A stretch of 64,000 nucleotides of DNA from Paramecium tetraurelia. Its lineage: Eukaryota. The stretch spans positions 62,001 to 126,000 of the forward strand of contig CT868055.1 in assembly GCA_000165425.1 (NCBI GenBank). Direction: 5' to 3'. Position 1 is the stretch's first letter. Each line of letters opens with the position of its first letter. The translations under genes and the position numbers were made by a program. Below, one piece after another: positions 14,467 through 27,907 of the stretch. The notes beneath the pieces were generated by a model. The model was not told the DNA's origin. It was given only the letters and a program-made list of their open reading frames with translations, and made no database searches.

Positions 14467-15525
14467 TTTCAATCTACTGAGATTTTGTGAATTCATCACA
14501 ATTACTTAACTATTTAATTAATTAATAATTGAAGAAATGATATGAGCCGAGTTAAAAGTAATAATGTTTCTATTTATTAAATTATTTGATCTCAATATGA
14601 TCATGATTACAAAAATAATATAATAAATTTTAATATATTTGATATCAATTTTTTAATTCATCAGTTGTTACTCATTTTTACTTTTTAGAGGATCTCATTG
14701 TTGTTTTAATTATTATATTGTTGTCTATTTTTAACTCTTAATTATTTCCAATTTAGTATTTCGAAAAATATCAAAAACTAATATTCATTCAGCTTAAATA
14801 ATGTTTTCAATGCACATTAAATAATTGTTGATTAAGGGATGAAATGATAACATATTTTAAAAATGTAATTAATTTGAATAGTAAAATAGTTTCACTATTT
14901 CTATGCCTTAAAATTAACTAAAACAATTACTAATAATGCAAAATCCAATTATTCATATTGAATATTTCAATTAATCAATAGAATAATGACATATTTTTGG
15001 GATTTTTTATTAATTTATCTTAACTATTACTGCACCTCTAATAAACGACCAAATTAATCATTGCAAACTATTTTTAATATCCATAATATGTTGTTTAAAT
15101 TATGATTCTTATTGTGGTTCACCAAATAAATTGAAAAAACCTATTAATGCATGGTTTTATAACTTGCTTTTGAATTAATTTTGTTAATTACTCAATAAAT
15201 TTGTTAAGACATTGTCATTTAGCTTCTGTATGTCTAATTTTATTGCTTAAATAATTTTATTTATTTCTTTACTCAATAGGTTTTGTTAATAATTATAATA
15301 ATTAATAATAATAATCAATATTCCAAAAATAAATATAAATTGATTCTCCAACATCTTTAAATATTTTGAACCTAAACATGAAATTTATTTATTTTATATT
15401 ATCTGTAGAATATTGAATAAAACTCTGCGTTATTCCTTAAATTCAAATATAAAAAGTTCAAAATTAGCAATAGTCTAATGACGCTAATTATTAATTATTA
15501 TTACATAATCACTACCTTTGGTTAG

Positions 15526-16788
15526 ATGGGCTTGTGTATTTCAAAACAGGAAGGGGAACAACATAATACTTTATAAAAGGAAGGATTATTATATGATTAG
15601 GATAATTTTGAACAAAATATTGAGTAAATCAGAATTAGTGATGAGGAGAAAATATCTATACAAGATTTTTAGTTTTTATAAGTATATTATATATAAAACG
15701 AGGTTCTTGGAAGAGGAGGCTATGGAAAGGTTGTTTTGGTGAATTATAAAAGCTAACAAAAATTATATGCTATGAAAATAATCAGAAAAGACCTAATTTC
15801 TTAAATGAACTCCAGACTCTACATGGAGACTGAGAGAAACATTTTAGTTATGGTCAAAAGTCCATTTATTGTAAATCTGCATTATGCTTTTCAAACTAAG
15901 TATAAATTATACATAGTAATTGATTTTATGATAGGAGGTATTATTTATAATTTATAAAAAAAAGGAGAACTATTTTATCATTTGAAGCGTCTTGGAAAAA
16001 TGGAAGAATCTTGGGCCAAATTCTATTGCGCTGAATTGATATTGGCAATCGAATATTTACATAGCAAAAATATCATCTACAGAGATCTTAAACCAGAAAA
16101 TGTCCTGTTGGATTCTGAAGGTCACATAAAGATTACAGATTTCGGATTGTGTAAAACTGATATCAAGGATGGAGATTTCACAACGACCATTTGTGGCACA
16201 TATGATTATATGGCTCCTGAGATCTATCTGAAAAAGGTATACACTTAAATAATCCATTCAGGGACATAATCAAACTGCTGATTGGTATTCCTTAGGCGTT
16301 CTCCTGTATGTAATGTTACAAGGAATTCCTCCTTTTTATTCTTAAAACAAACGCTAGATGATTCGAAGTAGATTGGAGAGGCAAATTGAATTCAAGACGC
16401 CCATCTCAGATGTTGCCTCTGATTTAATCAAATAGTTGCTTAAGAATAACGTATGAGAGTTCATTTTAATCTTTTAATTAGCCTAAGGATCGTTTAGGAT
16501 CTGATGGAGTAAATGAAATCAAGTCTCATCCCTTCTTCTAAGATTTGGATTGGGATGAGGTATTGCACAAGAGATTGCCTGCTCCTTTCAAACCAAAATT
16601 GCTTAGTGATAGAGACTTAAGAAATTTTGATGATGTATTCCTCATAAATTTCTTAGGATTTCACCAAGGAAACCATTCAAGACACTCCAGTCTAGTCTAT
16701 GATTCAAGAGGATATGTATGAGTAGTTCACGTATCAAGAACCTGATATGTTTGTAACTATGAATTAGAATTTCTCCCTTGATAAATGA
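15526..16788 (+). CDS. AGC-family Ser/Thr kinase (Akt/S6K-like) with N-terminal acylation motif
   Basis: MGLCISKQ start; [39 protein letters not shown]-terminal PAPFKP...NFD and hydrophobic motif YEQFTY; several ~25-nt introns. Confidence 0.95.
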
Positions 16789-16838
16789 TTTTATTTATAT
16801 ATATTGAATTACAAATAAAAAAATTAGCAGCATCAGGG

Positions 16839-17309
16839 ATGGATAATGGAAAAATAATTAACTTTTAAGATTTCGATGAGATTGAATGTGATTAAGAATA
16901 TATGGCTTTAACTTTTAGCAACAACAATAAAAAGCTCAAGAATTATGAAAAAGCTTTAGAAAAATTCAAATCTTCCATTTAACAAGGCTTTATCTATATC
17001 AATAGTAATTTGGATTTTTTCAATCTAAACTCATCACATGATGGCATCCTGATTGATGAGTAAAATAATAAGATATAAGTTATTGATGAACCTATCATTG
17101 GAACTTAACTAGTGCTTAAAAAAGATAAAACTCAATTATTGAATGATAGAAAGAGACACTTAATCAATATCGATCCTCATTCCTATAAAATAGATGTTAA
17201 GACAGAAGAGAAGGATTAAGATAAAAATGGTCTATTGAATAAAATTGATTAAATGATTAAAGAAGAAAAGGTTAAGGCAAAGAAAAAAAATTTATAAAAA
17301 AAATAGTGA
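16839..17309 (+). CDS. Hypothetical protein (~156 aa)
   Basis: Uninterrupted code-6 ORF MDNGKIINFQDFDEIECD...KKKNLQKKQ* with coding-like composition. Confidence 0.65.
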
Positions 17310-17754
17310 AGAAATTAACAGTGTTTTATAAATAAGCTTTTATTTTTTTAGTTTTCTATATACACAGAATTTATCACTTATACGTTATATTATTAATTTT
17401 TACTTCATTTTAACCATCTTCTGCATAATTAGAACATTTTTTGAAATATTTAATTTTATTTAATATTTGAACTAAATTTAATGATTTTCATACTATTATG
17501 AACTTAGGAGATGTCATTAAACATATATCCTAGCTATCAAAGTATAATTCTTAATAAATTTTATAAATCCAAATTATTTAGTTTACAAATAAACAGGAAT
17601 AAATTATAATCTAAATATCAATATTGATAGCCCTTATTGTTTTTTAGTAAAAAATTATGATAGAAAATAAACTATAGTTTATTAATTATAGGACTTAAAA
17701 GAAATTCATCTACATATATAAACAACATAAAGTAAATAAAATTATTAAAGATAA

Positions 17755-18827
17755 TCATTCATAATATCTAATCCTTCCTCCATATTAATTATAAACAGTA
17801 TCAACTCTATATAAAGATTATTAAAGTTAAGAGTAATTTGAAGAGAAATAGTTATTAAATTACAATGTCTAATTCCTCAAATCTGATTCATAATTCTAGT
17901 TTTCAAGCTTATGTTATTTATAATGTTCCCTCAGCTTATCCATATAATCTAAATCTAAATAATACATACTTGAATCAAATAATGATTTTGGTCTCTCCTC
18001 CCTGATTAGATCAAAACCTTTTCTATACTTCTAATGATCATAAGTCTATGATTCTTTTTGTTTTTTTGAATCCGTTGTCTCTTCTTACAAATATGAATTA
18101 GAGACGAGAAATACTGGAGGAGAAATAAGACTGTATAATTGCTTTTATGTCAAGTAATCTTAATGTTATTCGCATTTTAAAATCTTTATTAATGCCTAAA
18201 ATTCTTCTCTACTAAAATGGAATCCATATTATTCAATTAGATCTCTAATTGAATCTTCTGCTAAATATCCTGTCTTTTTCGTTGGATATTTGATACTAAT
18301 GACTTTCCAAATTTCATGAATGTCATAATAGACCCATTAATGTAACTCATATTTTAATTGATTAAGTTCTCTTGTTGAAATAATGATTCTTTCAAAAAAT
18401 CTCAATATAAATTCCCTATTCCATTGTGCCATAACTTGATTAGTACTTTCTTTAACACTGGGGGTGGTTTTCTTTTAAGATGATTACGGTAAGATGAAAT
18501 TGATAAATGTTTCAAGATTAACATCATCAATCTTAAAACAATAGGAATGAAGGAACTCCCATTCTTTAAATGAACAATGCACTTGGCCTTCTGTAAGAAA
18601 ATCATGAAATTTCTTCTTTGTAATATAGCCCCTCCCTAACTTGTCTAGTTATTCGAATGCTAATTGAATATCGAAGTGATGATGTTCTGTTTCAGCGATT
18701 CTATAATTCTCAATCTAAGATATGGATAGTAGATTTCTACATGAATTTCCCAAGAGGCGAGAGCTTTTAATAGATGTGCTAAATCTCTTTCAATTTTTTT
18801 ATTATTAGTCTTAATAGTCGTTATCAT
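17755..18827 (-). CDS. EF-hand-like domain protein
   Basis: FDIQLAFEQLDKLGRGYITKKKFHDFL degenerate EF-hand, repeated later as TGYLAEDSIRDLI; one 26-nt intron. Confidence 0.7.
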
Positions 18828-18940
18828 AATATTGTATAAATTTAATTGAAATATATTAATCATTCAGTTTTAATATTTTCGAAATAGGATAACCAATTTA
18901 TAATAGATGTAAGTGATAAATAATGTAAATAATATAAATT

Positions 18941-19963
18941 ATGTATAAATTAAATACAATACAAGGACATTCATTTTTAAATTTCCAGGCTCCCTTGAAT
19001 TACTTTTCAAAAAGAAAACTCTTTCAACTGGCCAATGAAATAAAACCAAGAAAAAGAGATTCTCTTGGTAGAGTAGTACTTTCCTCATCTCTTCCGAAAA
19101 GTTTCTGGTTCAGAGATTACGACTAAGTGAGAGTAGTTAATAAAAAGTTAAGAGAAAGTCGTCCTAATAATCACAGAATACAGAACCCCGTTTATTTCAA
19201 GAGAAAAGAGGTTCAAGAATGTCTACTACATTACACAATCAAAGCAAGTACACCTAATCCTTCTAAGAAATGGAAAAAGTATAGGAATTTAATGTTGGAG
19301 AATAACTATCATGTTCAGATGTCTCGAGAGTAAATAAAATAAAAATTTTAAGACACTCTTAATTTTTTGATCCCTAATAAACAATCTTCGCCTCCTAAGA
19401 GTCAACGTGGATCATTCATGTATTCGTAGTAATAACAATGTTTATTTGAACATCGAACAAGTTAACAATCCAAATTGAAGCGTGTTAGTAGACAAACATC
19501 AAATAGGAAGGATGATAGTATGAGATCAATTGATAGACACTTCCAAGATATCGATTGTTAATAAAGCAATTTCAATCATTCCTATATTCAAGACAAAATG
19601 ATTCCATCCAACCAGATTACTCCCAGAAATCGATTCTTCAAAGATTGTTTCAGGTTATATGGAATAGATTCTTAAGTATTAGCACCAAAAAATAAATTGA
19701 TATTTACTGATTCTGTACAATTAGTGGAATCTTAAGAAACTAGATGTGATAAAAACGAAGGCATTTAAAGTTATCGAGAAAAATCAAACTAAAAGTAGAA
19801 TAATTTACTAAATTTAATTAAGAAGTAAAGATAAAAGAACTTATAAACCAAAACAATATCTCCTAAGTAACCTAAATTAAATACCTCAACATCTAAAGAT
19901 AACAAAATTGTTAATATCTATTTCCCATCTCTCAAAAAAATTAATGTAAGAAATCTTTCTTGA
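18941..19963 (+). CDS. Hypothetical basic low-complexity protein
   Basis: Two ORF-track fragments join through TAA=Gln; open to TGA at 19961-19963. Confidence 0.7.
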
Positions 19964-20030
19964 TTGTCTTTTTATTTATATTTATTTATACTTCAATATA
20001 TTATTAAATATTTGTTAAACACTACAGTTA

Positions 20031-20561
20031 ATGAAATAATAATAATATTAACAAACTTAGAGTATTCGTGGCTACTCACCTGCTACAGTGCCACCCAATA
20101 TTCAGCATAATCACAATAGTAAGGATATTCAATTAACTCTTAGATTTGCCTCTTTCAAATTAGTTTAATGAAGAAATTTAACATAGAATAAAACTCAAGT
20201 ATCAAGAATTAGGATTGAAACAGCCCTTGTATCCACAATAAACCCAAATTTTATCATCTGAAAATGGAATCTACAATTTCAGAAAAGTGTTCGATCCTGT
20301 AAGAGATGGTCGACCTGAATTCCACATGGACCCAAGTAAGCGACATAATCATAATTGTTAGAGTATATGGATCAGCTCAAAGATTACAAGAGCAAGTATT
20401 TAGCACCCAGTAGGAACTACGATCTGCAGTACAGGAATCCAACCTTGAATATTAAGAATCATGACTTTTATTTCTAAGATTTCTATATGAATCTATACGA
20501 ATAAGACAAAGAGGAGATCTTTTTTAATAAATATGGCAAGAAGTTTGTTTATCAAGAATGA
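20031..20561 (+). CDS. Hypothetical protein
   Basis: MKQQQYQQTQSIRGYSPA...; two gtaag..ag introns; ends KYGKKFVYQE*. Confidence 0.75.
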
Positions 20562-20581
20562 TTTATATAAAAATATTGAAT

Positions 20582-21761
20582 TCAACTTTTAAAGATATCT
20601 AATTATAATAACTAATGATAGACAAATATAAGATACTTCTTTAGCTGTAGCTCTCTGATATGGGTCAACCACAAAAATGCGAGACAACAATTTTTAGACC
20701 TCACGATCTTGATTAGTTATATTCGATTCATTGTTTCTTATTTTTTTAAACAATTCTCTTTCATTCTCTCCTTTGAAAGGGAAGCTCCCTTGCAACAGAG
20801 CAACTAACAGAACACCTGTAGCCCATATATCTGCTCCTCTCCCATCATACTTAAGTTTAGAGACTACTTCAGGTGCCATATAACTAGGTGTACCACAATG
20901 ACAAGTAATAGGTTGGTTAGTAAATGTGCTGAATCCGAAATCAATGAGTTTAATTCGTTTATTTTGTATCAGAATATTTTCTAACTTGATATCTCTATGA
21001 CAAACATTCCTATCATGTATATAATGCAAGATTTTGAGTAACTGATGAATGATATGAAGTGCAAATTCTTTGGGTATGGTCCTTGTAGAATTAGATTTGA
21101 GCAATTGATATAGAGATTCAGTACCACAATATTCCATCACTAGATTGATATAAGTGGTGTAATGATAGACATCATAAAGTTTAGTGATTTGATCGTGAGA
21201 GAGAATTCTGAGAGCATTAATTTCTTTGATTAGGTTGTTGAACCTTTCCCCCTTGAGTTAAGCCTTATCATACATTTTGATAGCAACTTTATTGCCATGG
21301 CGGTCAGTTCCCATTTTGACTATGGCATAACTACCCTTGCCAATAATAGGCCCAATAGAATAGATCTTATCATCACAGGTAGATGGTATCTATTTATAGA
21401 GATTGTCTTGATGAATGGTGGAATCCTTGGCACTCAAATTGCCTTGGATTCTCTTCCTTTATATTTTGGAAGATAATCTTAATTGTTGTTGATGCGTGTT
21501 ATAGGGTATTGTATTGCATTATTGACTCTCTTTGGTACTTAGATAGCGTTATTCATTGTTTGAGTTCTTGGTGTTGAAGTTGTCTTCAAGTTTGGCTAAT
21601 TCTCTGCCTCGACTGGGAGTTCTAATTTTGAAGTAAGTAGTAAGATTGTTGATTCTATGGTTGGCCAATCTGGAGGGAGGGGGTTTGGATGAGTTATCAG
21701 GGAGGTTTTCTTTGTTTTCGATGGATCGAAGGGCTTCTCTGGGTGGTTTGCGAATATTCAT
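20582..21761 (-). CDS. CAMKL (MARK/AMPK-related) Ser/Thr kinase
   Basis: GKGSYAIV, VAIK, HRDIKLEN, DFGFS, HCGTPSYMAPE, ADIWATGV. Confidence 0.95.
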
Positions 21762-21929
21762 GAATCGGTTAATAATTAAATATAAATTGGGAGTTCATTA
21801 TAAAAATTATAGTTATACACAAGTGAATTATATATGAATAAATAGAGAGCATATGATGATAATTATATTAATAATGCGTCAGTGATTAAATAATAGAAAG
21901 AAGTGTTTATAGTGAGAGACTCATTAAAT

Positions 21930-23441
21930 ATGATAAGAATTCAATAACTGGGATAGCAATTTAATGCAACCAAATCAACATTGACAATTCAGGATTCAAG
22001 ATCTGGAAAGAAATACGAGATTCCCATCTCTAATAATTTCATTAAGGCAAGCGATCTTGAGAAGATAAAAGATGACAATGGTTCAATCATTCGTTCTTAT
22101 GATCCTGGTTATATGAACACAGTTAATTGCGTAAATTTTGCATTCATACAAGACATCCAAAATTAGTTTCATAGATGGAGACAATGGAATTCTCGAATAT
22201 CGAGGTTATCCCATTGAGCAATTAGCTGAAAAAAGCACTTATTTGGAAGTGGCCTTTCTACTCATCTACGGTGAATTGCCAACTCAATTGCAATATGATA
22301 AATGGTGCAAAAAGTAAGCAATTATTTATTAATTAATTTTAGAATCCAAACTCACACATTTGTCCATCAAGACCTATATGGACTCTTGTCATAATTCAGA
22401 TATGATGCACATCCTATGGGAATGGTTATCAGTTCATTATCAGCTGTAAGCACTCTACATCCAGAAGCCAATCCAGCTTTGTCAGGACAAAATATCTATG
22501 CAGTATCATTTAATCTAATTCAAGGATCAAAAATCTAGGAACAAATAAATTCACAGAATGATTGGATCCATCACAACAATAACATCACTTGCATATAGAA
22601 ATAGAATAGGAAGACAACCAAATCAACCTCATTAATAATTAGGATATGTTGATAATTTCTTATATATGATGGATAGACTTAATGAATCCAGTTACACTCC
22701 ACATCCAACAATTGCAAAAGTCTTAGACATTCTCTTCATCTTGCATGCAGAACATGAATTGAATTGTTCCACTTCTGCTGTTAGACATCTCACTTCAAGT
22801 GGAGTTGATATTTATACAGCTATTGCTGGAGCTGCTGCTGCTCTCTATGGTCCTAAACATGGTGGTGCCAATGAGGCAGTCTTGAGAATGCTTGAAAAAA
22901 TTGGATCTAAACAAAATATTCCTTAATTCATTGAAAATGTGAAAAATAAGAAAGCACTTCTCTTTGGATTTGGTCATAGAGTTTATAAATCTTATGATCC
23001 CAGAGCAAAAATTGTTAAATAATTAGCTTACTAAGTCTTTGATTTGGTTGGCAAAGATCCATTAATTGAAATTGCTTTGGAATTAGAGAACATTGCATTA
23101 AATGATAAGTATTTCAAAGATAGATCACTATATCCAAATGTTGATTTCTACACTGGAATCATTTATAAAGTAATCAGTCCTTCTTATTATTTAAGGCTCT
23201 TGGATTCCCCACTGATATGTTTCCATTGTTATTTGCCATCCCTAGAATCTCTGGATGGCTTGCTCATTGGTGTGAATTCCTTGACGACCCTGAAAATAAA
23301 ATTGTTAGACCAAGATAAAACTATTAAGGATACAAAACAAGAGAGTACGTCCCTATTGACTAAAGAAAACAGACAGATGCATATATTCATGCACCATCAA
23401 CTTCCTTTTCAACAAGAAGAAATGTTTCTGTTTAAAAATGA
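21930..23441 (+). CDS. CS: Citrate synthase, bacterial-like/peroxisomal (glyoxysomal) type
   Basis: [77 protein letters not shown]-terminal RIQQLGQQF fits PTS2. Confidence 0.97.
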
Positions 23442-23520
23442 ATATGAAATAGTATTCACGGAATTTATAATATTCTAAAATTAGATTTATAAAATCAACT
23501 CATTGAAAAAATTAGATCCT

Positions 23521-24856
23521 TCAATATTCCTCATTCTAAATCAATTTTAATGAGATCAATTCTTTCCTAATGTTGATTGTAGAGTATTTATTGTAAGTTT
23601 AACTTTAAATCTTCATATTAAATTGATAAAAATTAATAGCCAATTGTTGTTTGCTTAAATTATAAATTGCATATCAACTATTAAAATTTTAAACTACATT
23701 TTTTAGTTATCTTGTGTTACTATTAAAAACCATTTTTCTAATTCTTAAATAGACTTTAAATTTTAGTTAAGTTATTACAATTAATTAAAATTTGTATATT
23801 AATGTAAACGATTGATTTGCCAATTATAAATTTGTATATTCCAGGTTCTTAAATTATTTAATTGTTGAATTCTAATTTTATAACTATTGAAGGGTTATCA
23901 ATTGCGTTTGGATCATCTTTTTGAGTAATTTATGCAGATAGCAATTTCATTTATGTAAAAATTGTTGTAAACTATTTAATTACAAATAATTCAGGACTGA
24001 TACATGGTGGAAAAACTGCAGGTACTGCAAATGTTTAATTTTATATATACCTACATGATAAATGGTATAATCAAAGCTTAAATCTGAGTATGTAGTTGTG
24101 GGTTCCTTAACTAAATGAAATGAATTCGAAGTGTCATAATTAAATCCTAAATAAGTAGTTAAAAATTGAAATTTGTCTCCCTAAATTAAATCTATATTAG
24201 AAATGTGGTAAGCAATAGGTCCAGTAGGAAATCGCGTTTTTTTATATGGAATCGTTTCTTCAATACCTATAAGTATCTAATAACCGACTTGATTTAAATT
24301 TTAAAATAATAATGGATCTTTAGTAATACCTACAGCAACGTCACTTTCTGAAATTTCTTCTATCTATTTATAATTTTAAGACATACAAAGATTTCAAAAT
24401 TAACAGGTCCTTAACATCCAAAATTCACGAGAGAGATAATAGCGTTTTATGTGTTAGCATTTCTTAAGGGATATGTTAAGTTTATTGGAGGTATCATATT
24501 AAGATTACTTATTATTTGAACTCTTTAATCATCAAAAGCTTGGAAAAAATAATTAATTTATGTAATTTTTCCGAACGTAGTCTAGATTTATAATATAAAG
24601 CCTAATATTCTAACAATAAAAAACTTTTAGTTGTTATGTCCAATAATTCACAATAGAATTGAATTCCTCCAGCTTAAAATTATATTTCTTGTATAGTTAA
24701 GAAAATTTATGGTGGATTTTCAAAAGTTCCTTTAAAATACAAGGTCTAAGAGACGGTAGGGTTCAATGGTTAAGGAGAATCAATCATACCGTTGTCATAG
24801 GTTATATAGGCATATGTTCTCAAAAGGAAAAAACAGATTATTATATTGAATTACAT
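23521..24856 (-). CDS. Secreted protein with probable H-type lectin-like domain (ciliate-expanded family)
   Basis: Signal peptide MQFNIIICFFLLRTYA then YITYDNG...FKGTFENPPQIFLTIQ...DITTK, FDDQRVQII; two short introns; 3' end approximate. Confidence 0.6.
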
Positions 24857-24968
24857 ATATATAATAAAAATTTACAAGAATTTTCTGAAAAGTTATTGTT
24901 CAAAAATATAAAAAATTACATATCTTTAATAATTGAAACAACTTAATTAATTAATCATGAGGAGAATC

Positions 24969-25884
24969 TCAACACAGTAGTCCTTAGATAATAATGGGTT
25001 TGAAATAGATAGTTTTAATTTAATCGATTTTGGGTGAGGGTTTAGTTTAAATAGATAATTATTCAAATTGATGATTCATAGAATCGGATTTATATGGTCT
25101 AAATGCTGATTTATTAGGTACTTGAATTATAATAATTAATATTTACACAAATTTGCATAGAAGGCAGTAGGTTACTCTTCTTTTTCAGAGTCATCATAAA
25201 CTTGAGTCAGCTTACGTGATAGTTTTTGTGTTTGCTTCTGTAATTTAATATGCTTAAATGAATTTTGATTTTTGTTGGAATGTGTTTGTATTTAAATTAA
25301 GTTCGACTAAATGTAAATTTAAAATTTATACATTTTTGAGCACTTCTTTTTTGATTGCATAAACTAGTTTCTTCATTTGTTTAAGTACTAGATTTGTGGG
25401 AGCAAAGGGATAATTTCTAAGAATAGAAGGTTTTCTCATTATTAGAAATTGATAAGTAGTGTAAATGATCTTGGCTCCATTCTGTTCTTTCATAACTTAT
25501 TCAGGTGTGATTCGTTTGAGCAGAGATTTTAACTAAGAGTATAAAGGAGTGTTTACCTCTTCAATCAATTAGTCTTCATTCTTTTGCATAATTAATTACG
25601 AGAGTATTCGTTAGAATTCAATATTATAAGAGACTTGATGTGTTTTTGTAACAGATTTAATTGCCTTGATTTATTGCTCATTCAGGTAGAGTCTTAAATT
25701 AATGATTGTGATTACTTCTCGTTATTTGATGTTTGAACTACATATTAAATAGGTGTTCTATTTGTGAATATGGTGGTGATCTAAGATATAGATATGATGC
25801 ATTTACAACTCCATTTTCCCAACAGGATTAGGTTTTACATAATTGAAATTGGATGGTCTGATTTACTTCGAACTGTGGTTCCAT
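24969..25884 (-). CDS. Hypothetical protein
   Basis: MEPQFEVNQTIQFQLCKTQSCWENGV...; at least four 23-26 nt GT..AG introns maintain the frame; SAFRPY motif near the C-terminus. Confidence 0.65.
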
Positions 25885-25954
25885 TAGATTTTGAATTTGA
25901 ATAGTAAAATAATTAATATTTTAATAACGATTTTTATAAATTATATTAGTTTGC

Positions 25955-27759
25955 ATGAAATTAGCAAGTTCAAGTTTTCATAAGACTCAAGAAAACACTA
26001 CTTAAATATTCGAAATTGCTAAATGTTTGAAATTAACTGCCTGCATGATTGATTCCAATGTATTAGAATGAAATGGGCTATTCATAGATAATTTTAACAT
26101 CACCTTTACATTAAACCTTAAGCAATTCAACTATTACTTTGGATTAAGTATTACCTGCAAGATTAGAGAAGTAAATCACGCCATTTACTCTAGCTACATG
26201 ATGGTTGCCATTGAATAAGAGTAAAATCTCCCAAAATACATTTCAAATTTGTCACTCACTGAAATTTTCAATCAAATTCAGTATGATCAAATACTTCAAT
26301 ATGCAAAGCCTCTGGGTATTAATATCCAAATTGTTTAAGCTTAGTGATCGAGCAGAATGATCAAAAATAATATCAAATTATAAACTTACAATCTAATAGA
26401 CAAATAGGATTCCAATAGGTAATAACCTTATTATGACTAAAGAAAAAAACAGATGGATTGCTATCCAACTAGATTTTCAATAGTAAGATCAACAATACTA
26501 GATCAATCAGTCCATAACCTATTAGTGCAATATTCAATAAGACCTAAACCGACACATAATCTTAAATTCCTGTCGTGTAAGCAGAATCTTAATTTAAAAA
26601 TGATTAATTTATGAACTTTAACCCAAATTAATCTTATCTTAGTAGCAATAGTATATTGAATGATACACCTTTATAGTATGAGTTCAATAAATGGAGTGAC
26701 AAATCCAAAGAAAAAATATTGTTTCAGGACCATTTTAATGTAGTGGAAGATGCTACAAAGTAGGCGAAATCAAATAAAATAATAATTAACAAAAGCGAAG
26801 ATCCTTAATTTTTTTAATAATTGAAAAATGCTAGAGTTGCATCTCCGAAATTGAGATAAATTAAGGGATCAGGCTTATCACCAGAAACATATCATAAAAA
26901 TAAATCTAAATCTCCTGAGGTTCTATAAGTAAATTTGGCACATTATTGTAAAAAATGGGAAATCACTTAGAATACTAAATAATAATAATATTAAGTTCAA
27001 AAGAAACTACCTGAATAATTTAAACAATTATTAACTGACAGTACTAAAAGATAAAATATTAGTAAACCTTTTGATTAAAATAATACTAAATTTGCTCTTA
27101 TTTAATGTAAATCAACTGCTCAAATGAAAAATACTAAACTACCCAAATTACTAGAATATTTAGATTCTACGACTGAAAATCAAATGAATGCTATTAAAAG
27201 TGAAAAAACACTTACTCCTAGAATTGCTAACTAATAAGATTATATTAATTATAATATTTAGATGATGTTAAGTGAATAACAATCACTCCCAAAAAGTAGG
27301 AGCCAAAATAGAAAATAGGATGAAATATTGAATGAGAATATTCAACATCAGAATTTCAATTTTAGAGATTAGTTTTCGTTTAAACCGTAATTTGAATAGA
27401 AATATCAGGAATTCGAAGTTAAATAGGAAATACCTCAACAAATTTAAGTTTAATAAGTTGTCGAATCAAAGTCAATTAGAGCTATTTCTCCTTCCAATAG
27501 ATTAATTCCACAGTAATTTAAGCAATAATCGGCAATCATCCAATAACCTCAAGTACCATCTAATCAACAGAAGGAACCCATATAGATACAATTAGATATC
27601 AAATAGTTCATGAATACAAACAGACCGAAAGATCAATAGTAATATATCAGTTCGATATGTAGTTAGAGATAATAAATAGGTAATTTATAAATTAAGGTAG
27701 GAATGACTAATGAGAATGGTAAATCTTATTTTGTCAATGTTAATTTTAGAAACGAATGA
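25955..27759 (+). CDS. Hypothetical protein with long Q/N/S-rich C-terminal region
   Basis: MKLASSSFHKTQEN..., several short introns at the 5' end, then a long TGA-free exon to NFRNE*. Confidence 0.7.
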
Positions 27760-27907
27760 TTAATTAATTATAAATGAATTCACAATTAATTTTACTTCCT
27801 TTACTTAAGTATGAGATAGGAAAGAGTTAATTTTAAAATTATGTTGTTCTTTATATTTTACAATTTACATGTATAAAATTACATATTTATTAATTATATA
27901 TAATAAG

